Of a DNA stretch of 64,000 nt, positions 19,091 to 28,078 are shown piece by piece. This DNA comes from Candidatus Peregrinibacteria bacterium GW2011_GWA2_33_10. Its GTDB lineage: Bacteria > Patescibacteriota > Gracilibacteria > UBA1369 > GWC2-33-13. Both the position numbers and the translations under genes were made by a program. How positions within the stretch are numbered: the stretch's first letter is position 1; every line of letters begins with the position of its first letter. The notes under the pieces were generated by a model that worked only from the letters and a program-made list of their open reading frames with translations, did not search any database and had not been told where the DNA came from. The stretch spans positions 22,832-86,831 of the forward strand of contig LBOO01000003.1 in the NCBI GenBank assembly GCA_000989565.1, written 5' to 3'.

Positions 19091-20104
19091 TTACAGTCTT
19101 TTTCCAATATATTCAGATAATTCAACCATTCTTGTGGAATAGGCCCATTCATTGTCGTACCATGATAGAACTTTTAGCATTTTTTCGCCGATCATACAGG
19201 TGCAAAGGCCATCTATTATTGAGGAATTCGGATTGTGTTTAAAGTCAATTGATACCAGTTCTTTATCGCAATATTCCAAAATTCCTTTCATTTTGTCTTC
19301 TGAAGCTTTTTTTAAAACTGCGTTAACTTCCTCCACGGTTGTTGATTTGTTTAATTCGCAAACCAAATCAACCAATGAAACTGTCGGAGTTGGTACACGT
19401 ACTGCCAATCCGTGCATTTTGCCTTTTAAATGAGGGAGTACTTCTCCTATTGCTTTTGCTGCTCCTGTTGATGTTGGTATCATCGATAAAGCCGCTGATC
19501 TTGCTCGGCGCAAGTCTTTATGTGATGAATCAAGTAATTGCTGGTCTCCGGTATAAGAATGAACTGTTGTCATTAATCCTTTTACAATACCAAAATTTTC
19601 ATCAATTATTTTGGCCAGAGGGGCTAGGCAATTAGTGGTACAGGAGGCGTTGGAAACTACATCATGTTTTGCGGGATCATAAGTTTCTTCATTGACTCCC
19701 ATAACTATGGTTTTTTCAACTCCGTTTTTTGCCGGTGCTGAAATAATTACTTTTTTTGCTCCTCCTTTTAAATGTCTGGCAGCACCTTCGTAATCACAGA
19801 AAAATCCGGTACATTCCAATACGATATCTACTCCGGCGTCTTTCCATGGAATTTCTTCAGGATTTCTGACAGTAAAATTTTTCACTTTTATGTCATTTAC
19901 TGAAAAATCATCTTCGCCAATAACTTTTACGTTGTCTTTAATTGTTCCATAAGCAGAATCATATTTGAGCAAATGCACCGCTGTTTCACAGGTTGATAAA
20001 TCGTTGATCGCAACGATGTCTATTAAATCCGAAACAAGATTGCTGCGAAAAATACAGCGTCCAATGCGGCCAAAGCCGTTGATGCCAACGCGTGGTTTTG
20101 ACAT
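19091..20104 (-). CDS. gap: Glyceraldehyde-3-phosphate dehydrogenase, type I
   Basis: 337 aa. GINGFGRIGR NAD-binding motif and the active-site motif SNASCTTNCLAP. Confidence 0.97.
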   Translation of the reverse strand: MSKPRVGINGFGRIGRCIFRSNLVSDLIDIVAINDLSTCETAVHLLKYDSAYGTIKDNVKVIGEDDFSVNDIKVKNFTVRNPEEIPWKDAGVDIVLECTGFFCDYEGAARHLKGGAKKVIISAPAKNGVEKTIVMGVNEETYDPAKHDVVSNASCTTNCLAPLAKIIDENFGIVKGLMTTVHSYTGDQQLLDSSHKDLRRARSAALSMIPTSTGAAKAIGEVLPHLKGKMHGLAVRVPTPTVSLVDLVCELNKSTTVEEVNAVLKKASEDKMKGILEYCDKELVSIDFKHNPNSSIIDGLCTCMIGEKMLKVLSWYDNEWAYSTRMVELSEYIGKRL

Positions 20105-20171
20105 AAGTTGAGGGGTTATTTTTTTGCTTATAAATGATACGAGGGGAGAATAAAAAATGCAAGTATATCAA

Positions 20172-22046
20172 TTATAATTTTTCTAAAATATTATATTTTT
20201 CATTTTTAAAAACTGTTTTTACTTGTGATTCCAGAAACTTTTTCATATTATCATAATCTCTTCCCGTATTTATGTCTGTTGCGTAAATCAAATAATTTAT
20301 TTGATAAAAATCAAGCATATTTTTAAATTTTGGTATATCGCGAAAATATAATTTTTTTTGGTTAATTTGGTGGTTGATGTTGAAAGGGATATCTGATTCA
20401 AAAAAAGTATATATATAATCTTTTCTAAAATATTTATAAAAGACAGTCATATTTTCAAAAAGTAGAAATTGATCGAGCTTTTCCGGCCTTTTTGCAATTG
20501 ATTCCTCTAAAGGATAGGCGTTAAGGTAGATAAATCTATTGTTTTTTTTGTTTTTTTCAAACCATTTTACAGCTTCCATGAAAGATGCTTCGGGCAGTCG
20601 GGCGTAACTGATTTTTTTTATAAAATGTATACTGTTAAAGAAAAAAATAATAACTAAAACAGTTATTATTATTTTCGATAGGGGTTTATAGTTTATTAAT
20701 TTGTAGAGGATAAAACCGCTGATTATGATAATAAATATATAATTGGCATATAAACCTCTTATTCCTCCAAAATTACTTAGTCCTATTTTTTGTGTTTGAG
20801 GAATTATGTCAATAAATAATAGGAATATGGGAATTAAAATTAAGATTAAATATTTTTCAAGCTTAGTTCGCAAAATAGAAAAAAATAAAACACCAAACAT
20901 CCCAAATAACGCCAGAAGATTTGTAATTATTGATATATTTCTCCATGTATCTGAGCTTAGATAGGAATGGAAAAGTTTAAATGTCAAGCTCCACCGTGAT
21001 GGCTCAAATTCTTTTTTTGGAAAAAAATAGATTTCTTTTGTTAAGAGAAAAATATCTATTATTACAACATTTATTAAAACAAAAGCTAAAATTGCAAAAG
21101 GTAAATTTATTTTATATTTAAACCAGAATTTTTTTAAAAATATGTTTTTAAATTTGAAAAGTGTTTTAATTGTTTTCGATTTTCGGCTAAATTTGAATTT
21201 GTCCCAGTAAAATCTGAGTGAGAACATAATCAGGCATATGTATATAAATAGAAAAAATCCTTTGTACATATATTCGATTAATTCAGGGCTTGATCTTTGG
21301 AGTCCGCCTAAGAACCAAAATACGCGTTTGAAACCTTTTAAATAATCCGGAAACACACTGCTTGTTAAGGCGAATCCTGTTATTAGGCTTAAAATAACCA
21401 TTAAAAAGTAATTTGCTGTTTTTTTTATTAAAAATTTATTTTGTTTTTTTATGGCTGATAATTCAAGAAAAAACATATAAATACTTATTATTCCCAAATA
21501 TATAAAAAAAATTTGAGAATATATGTTTAGACCTGCTACAAAGGTTAGAAGCAAAAGGAAGAAGCTTGTTTTTCCTTTTAAATATTTTATTAAGATTAAA
21601 AATAAAAAAGCGATAAAAGTTAAACTAAAATAAATTATTGAATTAACTTGACTAATCAAAAGAACCGCGGAGAAAAGAGAGCAGGAAATTAAAGCAATAT
21701 TTCTTTTGCCGAATAATTCCAGAGATAATAAGTAAGTTAAAAGAAAACCTAAAATAGGGCTTATGATCGTATTTAAAATAAAAGTTTCAGTTGTGGATAC
21801 TCCTGTTGTGATTTTAAATATGGCCGCCAGATATGCTTCAAACGGTCTTGTAATTGTCAGAATATTATAGTCGTTGTTTCTAATTATCCATTGTGTATGC
21901 TCCATGATCGTAGAAGTGTCATTGCCCGGCGCAATATAGCTTTTTTTGTGGATGATTAAATAAATTTTATATAAAAGTCCGAAAAATGAGCTGATCGCGA
22001 TTAATAAAAAGTAAATAGATGTTTTTTCTTTGTGCGTTTTATTCAT
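20172..22046 (-). CDS. Polytopic membrane protein with a C-terminal soluble domain (possible GT-C-fold glycosyltransferase; function uncertain)
   Basis: 624 aa. About 12-14 hydrophobic helices over the first ~470 residues, then a ~150-aa hydrophilic tail. The layout resembles PMT/ArnT-like enzymes, but I could verify no catalytic motif. Confidence 0.6.
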   Translation of the reverse strand: MNKTHKEKTSIYFLLIAISSFFGLLYKIYLIIHKKSYIAPGNDTSTIMEHTQWIIRNNDYNILTITRPFEAYLAAIFKITTGVSTTETFILNTIISPILGFLLTYLLSLELFGKRNIALISCSLFSAVLLISQVNSIIYFSLTFIAFLFLILIKYLKGKTSFFLLLLTFVAGLNIYSQIFFIYLGIISIYMFFLELSAIKKQNKFLIKKTANYFLMVILSLITGFALTSSVFPDYLKGFKRVFWFLGGLQRSSPELIEYMYKGFFLFIYICLIMFSLRFYWDKFKFSRKSKTIKTLFKFKNIFLKKFWFKYKINLPFAILAFVLINVVIIDIFLLTKEIYFFPKKEFEPSRWSLTFKLFHSYLSSDTWRNISIITNLLALFGMFGVLFFSILRTKLEKYLILILIPIFLLFIDIIPQTQKIGLSNFGGIRGLYANYIFIIIISGFILYKLINYKPLSKIIITVLVIIFFFNSIHFIKKISYARLPEASFMEAVKWFEKNKKNNRFIYLNAYPLEESIAKRPEKLDQFLLFENMTVFYKYFRKDYIYTFFESDIPFNINHQINQKKLYFRDIPKFKNMLDFYQINYLIYATDINTGRDYDNMKKFLESQVKTVFKNEKYNILEKL

Positions 22047-22410
22047 TTGTTTTTTTATATGAAAAATTCAGAAGTAGTATCAGTATGCCCAAAACGCATA
22101 TGCCGACAGGAATCAACATGGTGTTTTCAAAGGTCAATTTAAGGCCCGCCGCATTGGTAATCAGTGCGCTAAAAGGAACCAGTATAATAGATAAAGCTAT
22201 GCTATAAGTTATTATTTCAATAATATTTAAAAATTTTTTTTCGAAAAATATGAAAGTCCAAATAAATCCAGGGAGGAAGATTATATGAACAGTGCCGAAT
22301 ATTATTCGTAGAGATTGAGAATATGAAATCCAAGTTGATAAAACAAGAGAGCCAATAATCATGATTAAGAACAAAATTCCAAGTATTGTTAATATTTGTT
22401 TATTTGTCAT
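22039..22410 (-). CDS. Small 4-TM membrane protein, translationally coupled to the downstream polytopic protein
   Basis: 123 aa with four hydrophobic segments. Its 3' end overlaps the start of the 20172..22046 gene by 8 nt. Confidence 0.55.
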   Translation of the reverse strand: MTNKQILTILGILFLIMIIGSLVLSTWISYSQSLRIIFGTVHIIFLPGFIWTFIFFEKKFLNIIEIITYSIALSIILVPFSALITNAAGLKLTFENTMLIPVGICVLGILILLLNFSYKKTNE

Positions 22411-22545
22411 TTTTTTTAAAATTTTAATTTAAAAATTCGACTATTAGACTAAATTTAACTTTATAACTAAGAAAATTCAATATTAATTGATATTGACTTC
22501 AGTTAAGAAAATAGAGATAAATATTGATCGAATTTAAAAATTTTT

Positions 22546-23157
22546 ATGAAGATAATAAAAATAAATCGAGAAATAGTTGACGCGGATGTCGTGAAGTTGG
22601 TCACGGATATTTTACGTAATGGCGGAGTTGTCGTTCATCCGACAGATACTTGCTATGGTCTTGCCGCTGATGTTTTTAATAAAGCGGCTGTGGATAAAGT
22701 TGCGGGAATAAAGCAAATGGCTAAAGAAAAGCCGATTAGTGTGATTGCGGGTGATTTGAATAATTTACATAAGTTTGTTTATATTGATGAATCAACGCAA
22801 AAAATAATTGATCAATATTGGCCGGGTGCTCTTACAATAGTTTTTAAAAGGAAAAAAGTTTTTCCTTTATTTTATAATAATGGAAATGAAACCATTGGTA
22901 TAAGATATCCTAAATGCGGGTATTCATTGGCATTCGCAAAAAGTTTGAGTGGTTTCATTACTACTACGAGTGCAAATGTGACGGGATCTCAAAATCCGTA
23001 TAGTTTGCACGATATTTTAAGAGAATTTGACGCCCAAAAATTAAAACCGGATTTGGTTTTGGACGCAGGATTGTTGCCTGAAATTAAACCTTCAACAATT
23101 GTAAAAGTGGAAAATGATAAGATTGAAATTCTAAGGCGAGGAGAGTTGGAGTTATAA
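22546..23157 (+). CDS. tsaC: L-threonylcarbamoyladenylate synthase (YrdC/TsaC family)
   Basis: 203 aa. VVHPTDTCYGLAADV, KPISVIAGD and TTTSANVTG fit the YrdC-domain motifs. Confidence 0.85.
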   Translation: MKIIKINREIVDADVVKLVTDILRNGGVVVHPTDTCYGLAADVFNKAAVDKVAGIKQMAKEKPISVIAGDLNNLHKFVYIDESTQKIIDQYWPGALTIVFKRKKVFPLFYNNGNETIGIRYPKCGYSLAFAKSLSGFITTTSANVTGSQNPYSLHDILREFDAQKLKPDLVLDAGLLPEIKPSTIVKVENDKIEILRRGELEL

Positions 23158-23233
23158 TAACCGCAAATTCATATTGACTTTTTTATAAAAGAATCTAAGT
23201 TTAAATTTACAAAATTAATAACTTAATATTGGG

Positions 23234-23704
23234 TTGGAACATTATTTTTGGACTTTCTTTTTATCTATGTTTCCTTTTACTGAATTGCGTGTCGCGATTC
23301 CTTTAGCGATTCAAAAGTTTGGGATGAGTCCTTATGAAGCATATTTTTTTGGTGTTTTAGGTAATATTTTTCCCAATCTTTTTATCTTGTACGCGCTTGA
23401 CCCTGTTTCGAAATTTTTAATGAAACATTCAAAATTTTTTAATGTTTTTTTTTCTAAATTATTTGATAAAACCAGGACTAAACATTCTAAAAAGTTTCAA
23501 GAATATGGTGCTTTGTTTTTAGTTTTATTTATTGCCATCCCTTTGCCCGGAAGCGGTAGCTGGACAGGTTCTTTAATAGCTTTTTTATTTGGAGTCGCTT
23601 ATTGGCGCGCTTTATTTTTAGTGTCTTTAGGTGTCATGATTGCCGGTTTGATTATTACTTTGGGTTTTACCGGAGCTATTAAGTTTTTTGAATGGGTTAT
23701 TTGA
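23234..23704 (+). CDS. Small membrane protein of the putative small multidrug export family (COG2426-like)
   Basis: 156 aa with a TTG start in the track. FTELRVAIPLAI and IAIPLPGSGSWTGSLIA match that family's two signature segments. Confidence 0.7.
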   Translation: MEHYFWTFFLSMFPFTELRVAIPLAIQKFGMSPYEAYFFGVLGNIFPNLFILYALDPVSKFLMKHSKFFNVFFSKLFDKTRTKHSKKFQEYGALFLVLFIAIPLPGSGSWTGSLIAFLFGVAYWRALFLVSLGVMIAGLIITLGFTGAIKFFEWVI

Positions 23705-23719
23705 AACAATAATTGTTTC

Positions 23720-23821
23720 GTAATCCGTAATTCGTAATCCGTAATTCGTAAATGGAATAGATTAATATTAAAATTTTTCAATTTACGAATTACGAATTAC
23801 GGGTTACGAATTACGGATTGC
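23720..23821. repeat. Long inverted repeat built from GTAATYC heptads (28-bp stem, ~42-nt loop)
   Basis: Left arm 23722..23749 is AATCCGT AATTCGT AATCCGT AATTCGT. It pairs with right arm 23792..23819 (ACGAATT ACGGGTT ACGAATT ACGGATT) with one U.G position. The right arm has one extra heptad. Confidence 0.85.
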
Positions 23822-23980
23822 TAAAATAACGTCAAGTTAATTTAGTATTTAATCTGATTTTTTTGTTTGACTTTTTTTTGTATAAGAGATAAAAAAATAA
23901 TACAGACGTTGGATAAAAAAATTATACGCATTCAAGGACAAAATTTTAGTTTAATATTATAGAATTACATATTTATTAAG

Positions 23981-24916
23981 ATGAAGATAAAGCATATTCC
24001 GGTTTTGAAAGTTGAAGTTATTGATTATTTGAATTTGGATAATGGCAAAATTATTGTTGATGGGACTTTGGGATTAGGCGGGCATTCGGAAGCGATATTG
24101 AAAAAAATCGGAAGAGGCGGGAAATTGATTGGTTTGGATAAAGATATTGATAATTTGGAAAGTGCTAAATTAAGATTGGGAGAGGGAAGGAAGAATGTTT
24201 ATTTATTTAATAAAGGTTTTGAAGATTTGATTGAAGTTCTTTCAAATTTAAAGATTAAGAAGGCGGATGGGGTATTATTGGATTTGGGTTTGAGTTCCGT
24301 GCATGTGGACAGTTCAGAAAAAGGGTTTTCTTTCAGAGCCGAGGGGCCGTTGGATATGAGATTTAACCGTTCAGATATAGAATCAATGACTGCAGCCGAT
24401 TTATTGAATTCATATAGTGAAAAAGAGTTAATGAGAGTTTTAAAATATTACGCAGAGGAGAAAAAATTTGTTCAAATATCCCGAAAAATTGTTGAAATAA
24501 GAAAGATTAAGTTATTTCGATCAACAAAAGATTTAAAGGATATAATAGAGATTTTTTATCCGCAGCAAAGAAATAATCATCATCATTTAGCTAGAATTTT
24601 TCAGAGTATCAGGATTGAAGTAAACAATGAATTGGAAGTTTTAAAAAAAGGATTGGATCAGGCTTTTCAGGCTTTAAGGAAAGGGGGAAGAATGGTTGTA
24701 ATATCTTATCATTCATTGGAAGATCGGATCGTAAAAAATTATTTTAGGGAGAAATTCAGGGCGTGTATCTGCCCGTCTCAGAAAATAATATGTGATTGTG
24801 GCAAAAAAAGAGAATTAAAAATTTTGACAAAAAAGCCGGTTATTCCCAATAACGAAGAAATATTCCAAAATCCTCGAAGTAGAAGCGCAAAATTAAGGGC
24901 GATTGAGAAAATATAA
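23981..24916 (+). CDS. rsmH: 16S rRNA (cytosine1402-N4)-methyltransferase
   Basis: 311 aa. HIPVL, DGTLGLGGHS, DLGLSS and ISYHSLEDRIVK are RsmH/MraW motifs. Confidence 0.95.
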   Translation: MKIKHIPVLKVEVIDYLNLDNGKIIVDGTLGLGGHSEAILKKIGRGGKLIGLDKDIDNLESAKLRLGEGRKNVYLFNKGFEDLIEVLSNLKIKKADGVLLDLGLSSVHVDSSEKGFSFRAEGPLDMRFNRSDIESMTAADLLNSYSEKELMRVLKYYAEEKKFVQISRKIVEIRKIKLFRSTKDLKDIIEIFYPQQRNNHHHLARIFQSIRIEVNNELEVLKKGLDQAFQALRKGGRMVVISYHSLEDRIVKNYFREKFRACICPSQKIICDCGKKRELKILTKKPVIPNNEEIFQNPRSRSAKLRAIEKI

Positions 24917-24948
24917 TTAATAATAATTTTAATTTTAATAATAAAATA

Positions 24949-25305
24949 ATGCAGCTAGTCATTCCTAAAAGTAGCGGATATCCGGGTATAAGAAAAAGGA
25001 CTTTATCTCAGCAGGTGAAGATCGGAACATTTTCTTTAATTATAATGATAGTTCTTTTATGCGCTTCAATGGCTGTTTTGTTTTTACTTAGATTTAACAG
25101 TATTTCGACTAAAGGTTATGTTTTAAGGAAATTAGAATCGGAAAGACTTCAGTTGGTGAAAGAAATCGAGAGAAAGGAAATGGAGATATCCAATGTAAGA
25201 ACTTTGGAGTTTATTTTAAATTCAGAAAAAGTTAAAAGAATGGTTCAGTTAAATCAGGATAGAATTGTGTATTTGAACAAGGATGATGGTTTGGCGAAGA
25301 AATAA
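24949..25305 (+). CDS. FtsL-like single-pass membrane protein (septum-formation type)
   Basis: 118 aa with one TM (FSLIIMIVLLCASMAVLFLL) followed by a coiled coil. The position immediately after rsmH is the canonical ftsL slot. Confidence 0.55.
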   Translation: MQLVIPKSSGYPGIRKRTLSQQVKIGTFSLIIMIVLLCASMAVLFLLRFNSISTKGYVLRKLESERLQLVKEIERKEMEISNVRTLEFILNSEKVKRMVQLNQDRIVYLNKDDGLAKK

Positions 25306-25391
25306 AGATCAGATTGATTTCTCCAGATTGACTCAATTGACTCTATACTGTATTTTTTTAGTGTTTTTTTATAATATTTAATTTTAAATAT

Positions 25392-26441
25392 ATGACTTTA
25401 ATCCCTGAAATAAAAGCTTATTCGAGGGAAAATAATCCTTATGTTAAAATGTTTGAAAACGGTTATACTTTGAAGAATTTTAAGGAGCTTTTAAAAGTCG
25501 CGAAAGAAAATAAATTTGGTGTTGTTGCTATTAATGCAAGGCATAAAAGTATTGTTGAAGCAACTCTTGAAGCCGCGTGGCAGGAAAAATCACCTGTGAT
25601 TGTGGAAATTGCGGAGAGCGAACAATCATATTGCGCGATGGAACCTGAAAGATTGGGTGAAATAATGGAAGAATTAATTGCAAAAATGTTGAATAAATAT
25701 AATTATTCTGTGCCTGTTGCTTTGCATATGGATCATGTACAAAAGGATATTTCTTTGATTGACAGGGCTGTTAAGTCAGGATTTTCATCTGTGGAAGCGG
25801 ATTTTTCAAAATTTCCTTTAAATGAAAATATCGAAAAATCCAAGGAGGTTGTACAAAAATTACATCCCTTGGGAGTTTCCGTTGAATTGGAAGAAGGAGA
25901 AATCGGTTCTACATCGGCTTTGGTTGATCCGGATATTGATTCTAATATTGAAAATTATTACACTAAAGTTGAAGATGCGAAAGAATTAGCCGCACAGTGC
26001 AGACCTGACGCGCTTGCGATTTTTGTAGGGAATGGACATGGAAAATATTTAAAAGAACCTAAAATCGGGATTGAGAGAATAAGAGAAATTGCGCAAGCAG
26101 TACAAGAATATGATTGTCCAATCGTCCTTCACGGAGGTAGTTATTTGAGTAATGATGTGTTTAACGCAGCTATTGACGCAGGTGTAGCTAAAATCAATTA
26201 TGCGACCGCTGTTTCCGATATTATGTTTGATAATTTGCCTGCGGATTTAATTAAGGAAATGGAGGAGAAAGGCAAGGAATTAAATAAACCTTTACGTAAA
26301 GTTTTGTATTTGTTTTTGGATAAATTGGAACAGTTGGATGATAGTGTTTGGCAAAAAACCATTAATGCAATGGTGAGTCATATTAGAGATGTGATGAAAA
26401 ACGGGTTTAGAAGTTCGGGCATGGCCGGAAAATATCAGTGA
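25392..26441 (+). CDS. fba: Class II fructose-bisphosphate aldolase
   Basis: 349 aa. The class II aldolase metal-site pattern is present: ALHMDH, ELEEGEIG, VGNGHG, VLHGGS. Confidence 0.9.
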   Translation: MTLIPEIKAYSRENNPYVKMFENGYTLKNFKELLKVAKENKFGVVAINARHKSIVEATLEAAWQEKSPVIVEIAESEQSYCAMEPERLGEIMEELIAKMLNKYNYSVPVALHMDHVQKDISLIDRAVKSGFSSVEADFSKFPLNENIEKSKEVVQKLHPLGVSVELEEGEIGSTSALVDPDIDSNIENYYTKVEDAKELAAQCRPDALAIFVGNGHGKYLKEPKIGIERIREIAQAVQEYDCPIVLHGGSYLSNDVFNAAIDAGVAKINYATAVSDIMFDNLPADLIKEMEEKGKELNKPLRKVLYLFLDKLEQLDDSVWQKTINAMVSHIRDVMKNGFRSSGMAGKYQ

Positions 26442-26467
26442 TTAGGAATTAGAGATTAGTTATCAGG
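26433..26467. repeat. Heptanucleotide tandem array TATCAGT GATTAGG AATTAGA GATTAGT TATCAGG (5 units)
   Basis: Read directly. It overlaps the fba TGA stop and fills most of the fba-fbp spacer. Confidence 0.7.
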
Positions 26468-26495
26468 AAAAAATAACAATTATTAATTTTTTTAT

Positions 26496-27389
26496 ATGAA
26501 TTTAAGAGACTATTTGCATTCTTGTTATATTTCGGAGGATTTGACTTCTGTAATTATGTCTATTCTGAAGGCCGGAAAAGAGATTTCGGAGAAAATTAAA
26601 AATGTTGATATAGGTACGGCAGGTACGGAAAATATATATGGGGAAGAGCAAATGGCTTTAGATGTTTTATCAGATAAAATTTTTCAGCAAGAATTAAAAA
26701 GTAATCGGAACGTAGGTCTTATCGCGTCTGAAGAATTGCACGATGAGATCAAAATCGGTGATGGAAACTACGCGGTTTGCTATGATCCCTTGGATGGATC
26801 TTCTTTAATTGATACCAATCTTTCAGTAGGAAGCATTTTTAGCATATATGAATCTTCATCTTTTATCGGAGTTGCCGGGAAAGATCAATTGGTGGCCGGA
26901 TTTATTGTTTACGGACCGAGATTGACTTTGATTATTTCTGTTTCTCATGGGACGATTGAATGTTCTTATAAAGATAATGAATGGTTAGTTACAAAAGATA
27001 ATTTAATTGTTTCTGAGGGGAAAATGTTCGCGCCCGGTAATTTGCGGATAATTTCCGAGAGGGATGATTATATGAAATTAATGGAGTTTTGGATGAAAAA
27101 TGGTTATACGTTGAGGTATTCAGGGGGAATGGTGCCGGATATTAATCAGATTTTTTTGAAAGGAAAAGGAATTTTTATTTATCCGGGCTGTCCTTCAAAG
27201 CCTGAGGGAAAGCTGCGGTTGCTTTTTGAATGCGCTCCAATGGCTTTTTTAATGGAACAAGCAAAAGGTATTGCAACTGACGGTAATGCAAGAATTTTAG
27301 ATAAAGTTATTCAAAGTATTGATCAAAAGTCTCCTATTTATCTTGGAAGTATTGAGGAGGTAAAGAGAGTACAGACTTATTTATCTTGA
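26496..27389 (+). CDS. fbp: Fructose-1,6-bisphosphatase, class 1
   Basis: 297 aa. The metal-binding motif CYDPLDGSS, plus EEQMALDV and LRYSGGMV, fit class 1 FBPase. Confidence 0.88.
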   Translation: MNLRDYLHSCYISEDLTSVIMSILKAGKEISEKIKNVDIGTAGTENIYGEEQMALDVLSDKIFQQELKSNRNVGLIASEELHDEIKIGDGNYAVCYDPLDGSSLIDTNLSVGSIFSIYESSSFIGVAGKDQLVAGFIVYGPRLTLIISVSHGTIECSYKDNEWLVTKDNLIVSEGKMFAPGNLRIISERDDYMKLMEFWMKNGYTLRYSGGMVPDINQIFLKGKGIFIYPGCPSKPEGKLRLLFECAPMAFLMEQAKGIATDGNARILDKVIQSIDQKSPIYLGSIEEVKRVQTYLS

Positions 27390-27437
27390 ATATCGAAAGG
27401 TTTTCGCATATATTAAGTTACACTTTGATTTTATTTT

Positions 27438-28022
27438 ATGAATGAGACTTTTAAAGATAAGTTGACACTTGAGAAAAAAATCGATTATTTAGTGGAAAAG
27501 TGTCAGGAGGAAGATCAACAAGCTTTTTCACAATTATATGATTTATTGATTGATAAGGTTTATCGATATGTTTATTTTAAAGCAGTTCCCTCAGAGGTTG
27601 ATGATTTAGTCGCTATTTCATTTGTAAAAATTTGGACAAATATTAAAAAATATAAAAAACAAAAAGTGTCTTTCAGTGCTTGGGTTTTTAAAGTAGTTCG
27701 TAATGTGATCATTGATCATCATCGTTTTCATAGAAGCGTGGATGTTTTAGAGGATAATATTAAAGATGAAAGAAGCGAGGCAAATCCAAGGCATTTTACT
27801 GATCTTCAGATGAATTCTCATGTTTTGAAAAGGGCTTTATCTGAATTGAAAGAAAATTATCAACAAATTTTGGTTATGAAATATTTGAATGACATGTCGA
27901 ATGATGAAATAGCTTATGCTTTAAATAAGAGCAGATCTACTGTCAGGGTTCTTCAATTCAGGGCTCTTTCCGCCTTAAGGAAAATTTTGAGAAAAAAGCA
28001 AATTAGATTTTCGGATTTTTAG
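27438..28022 (+). CDS. ECF-type sigma-70 family RNA polymerase sigma factor
   Basis: 194 aa. Region 2 (FSQLYDLLIDKVYRYVYF ... FSAWVFKVVRNVIIDHHR) and the region 4 HTH (MSNDEIAYALNKSRSTVRVLQFRAL). Confidence 0.85.
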   Translation: MNETFKDKLTLEKKIDYLVEKCQEEDQQAFSQLYDLLIDKVYRYVYFKAVPSEVDDLVAISFVKIWTNIKKYKKQKVSFSAWVFKVVRNVIIDHHRFHRSVDVLEDNIKDERSEANPRHFTDLQMNSHVLKRALSELKENYQQILVMKYLNDMSNDEIAYALNKSRSTVRVLQFRALSALRKILRKKQIRFSDF

Positions 28023-28078
28023 AAACGTATTCCCATGTTTATACGTTTAAATTAATAGAAGGGAAGTATAATTAAATT

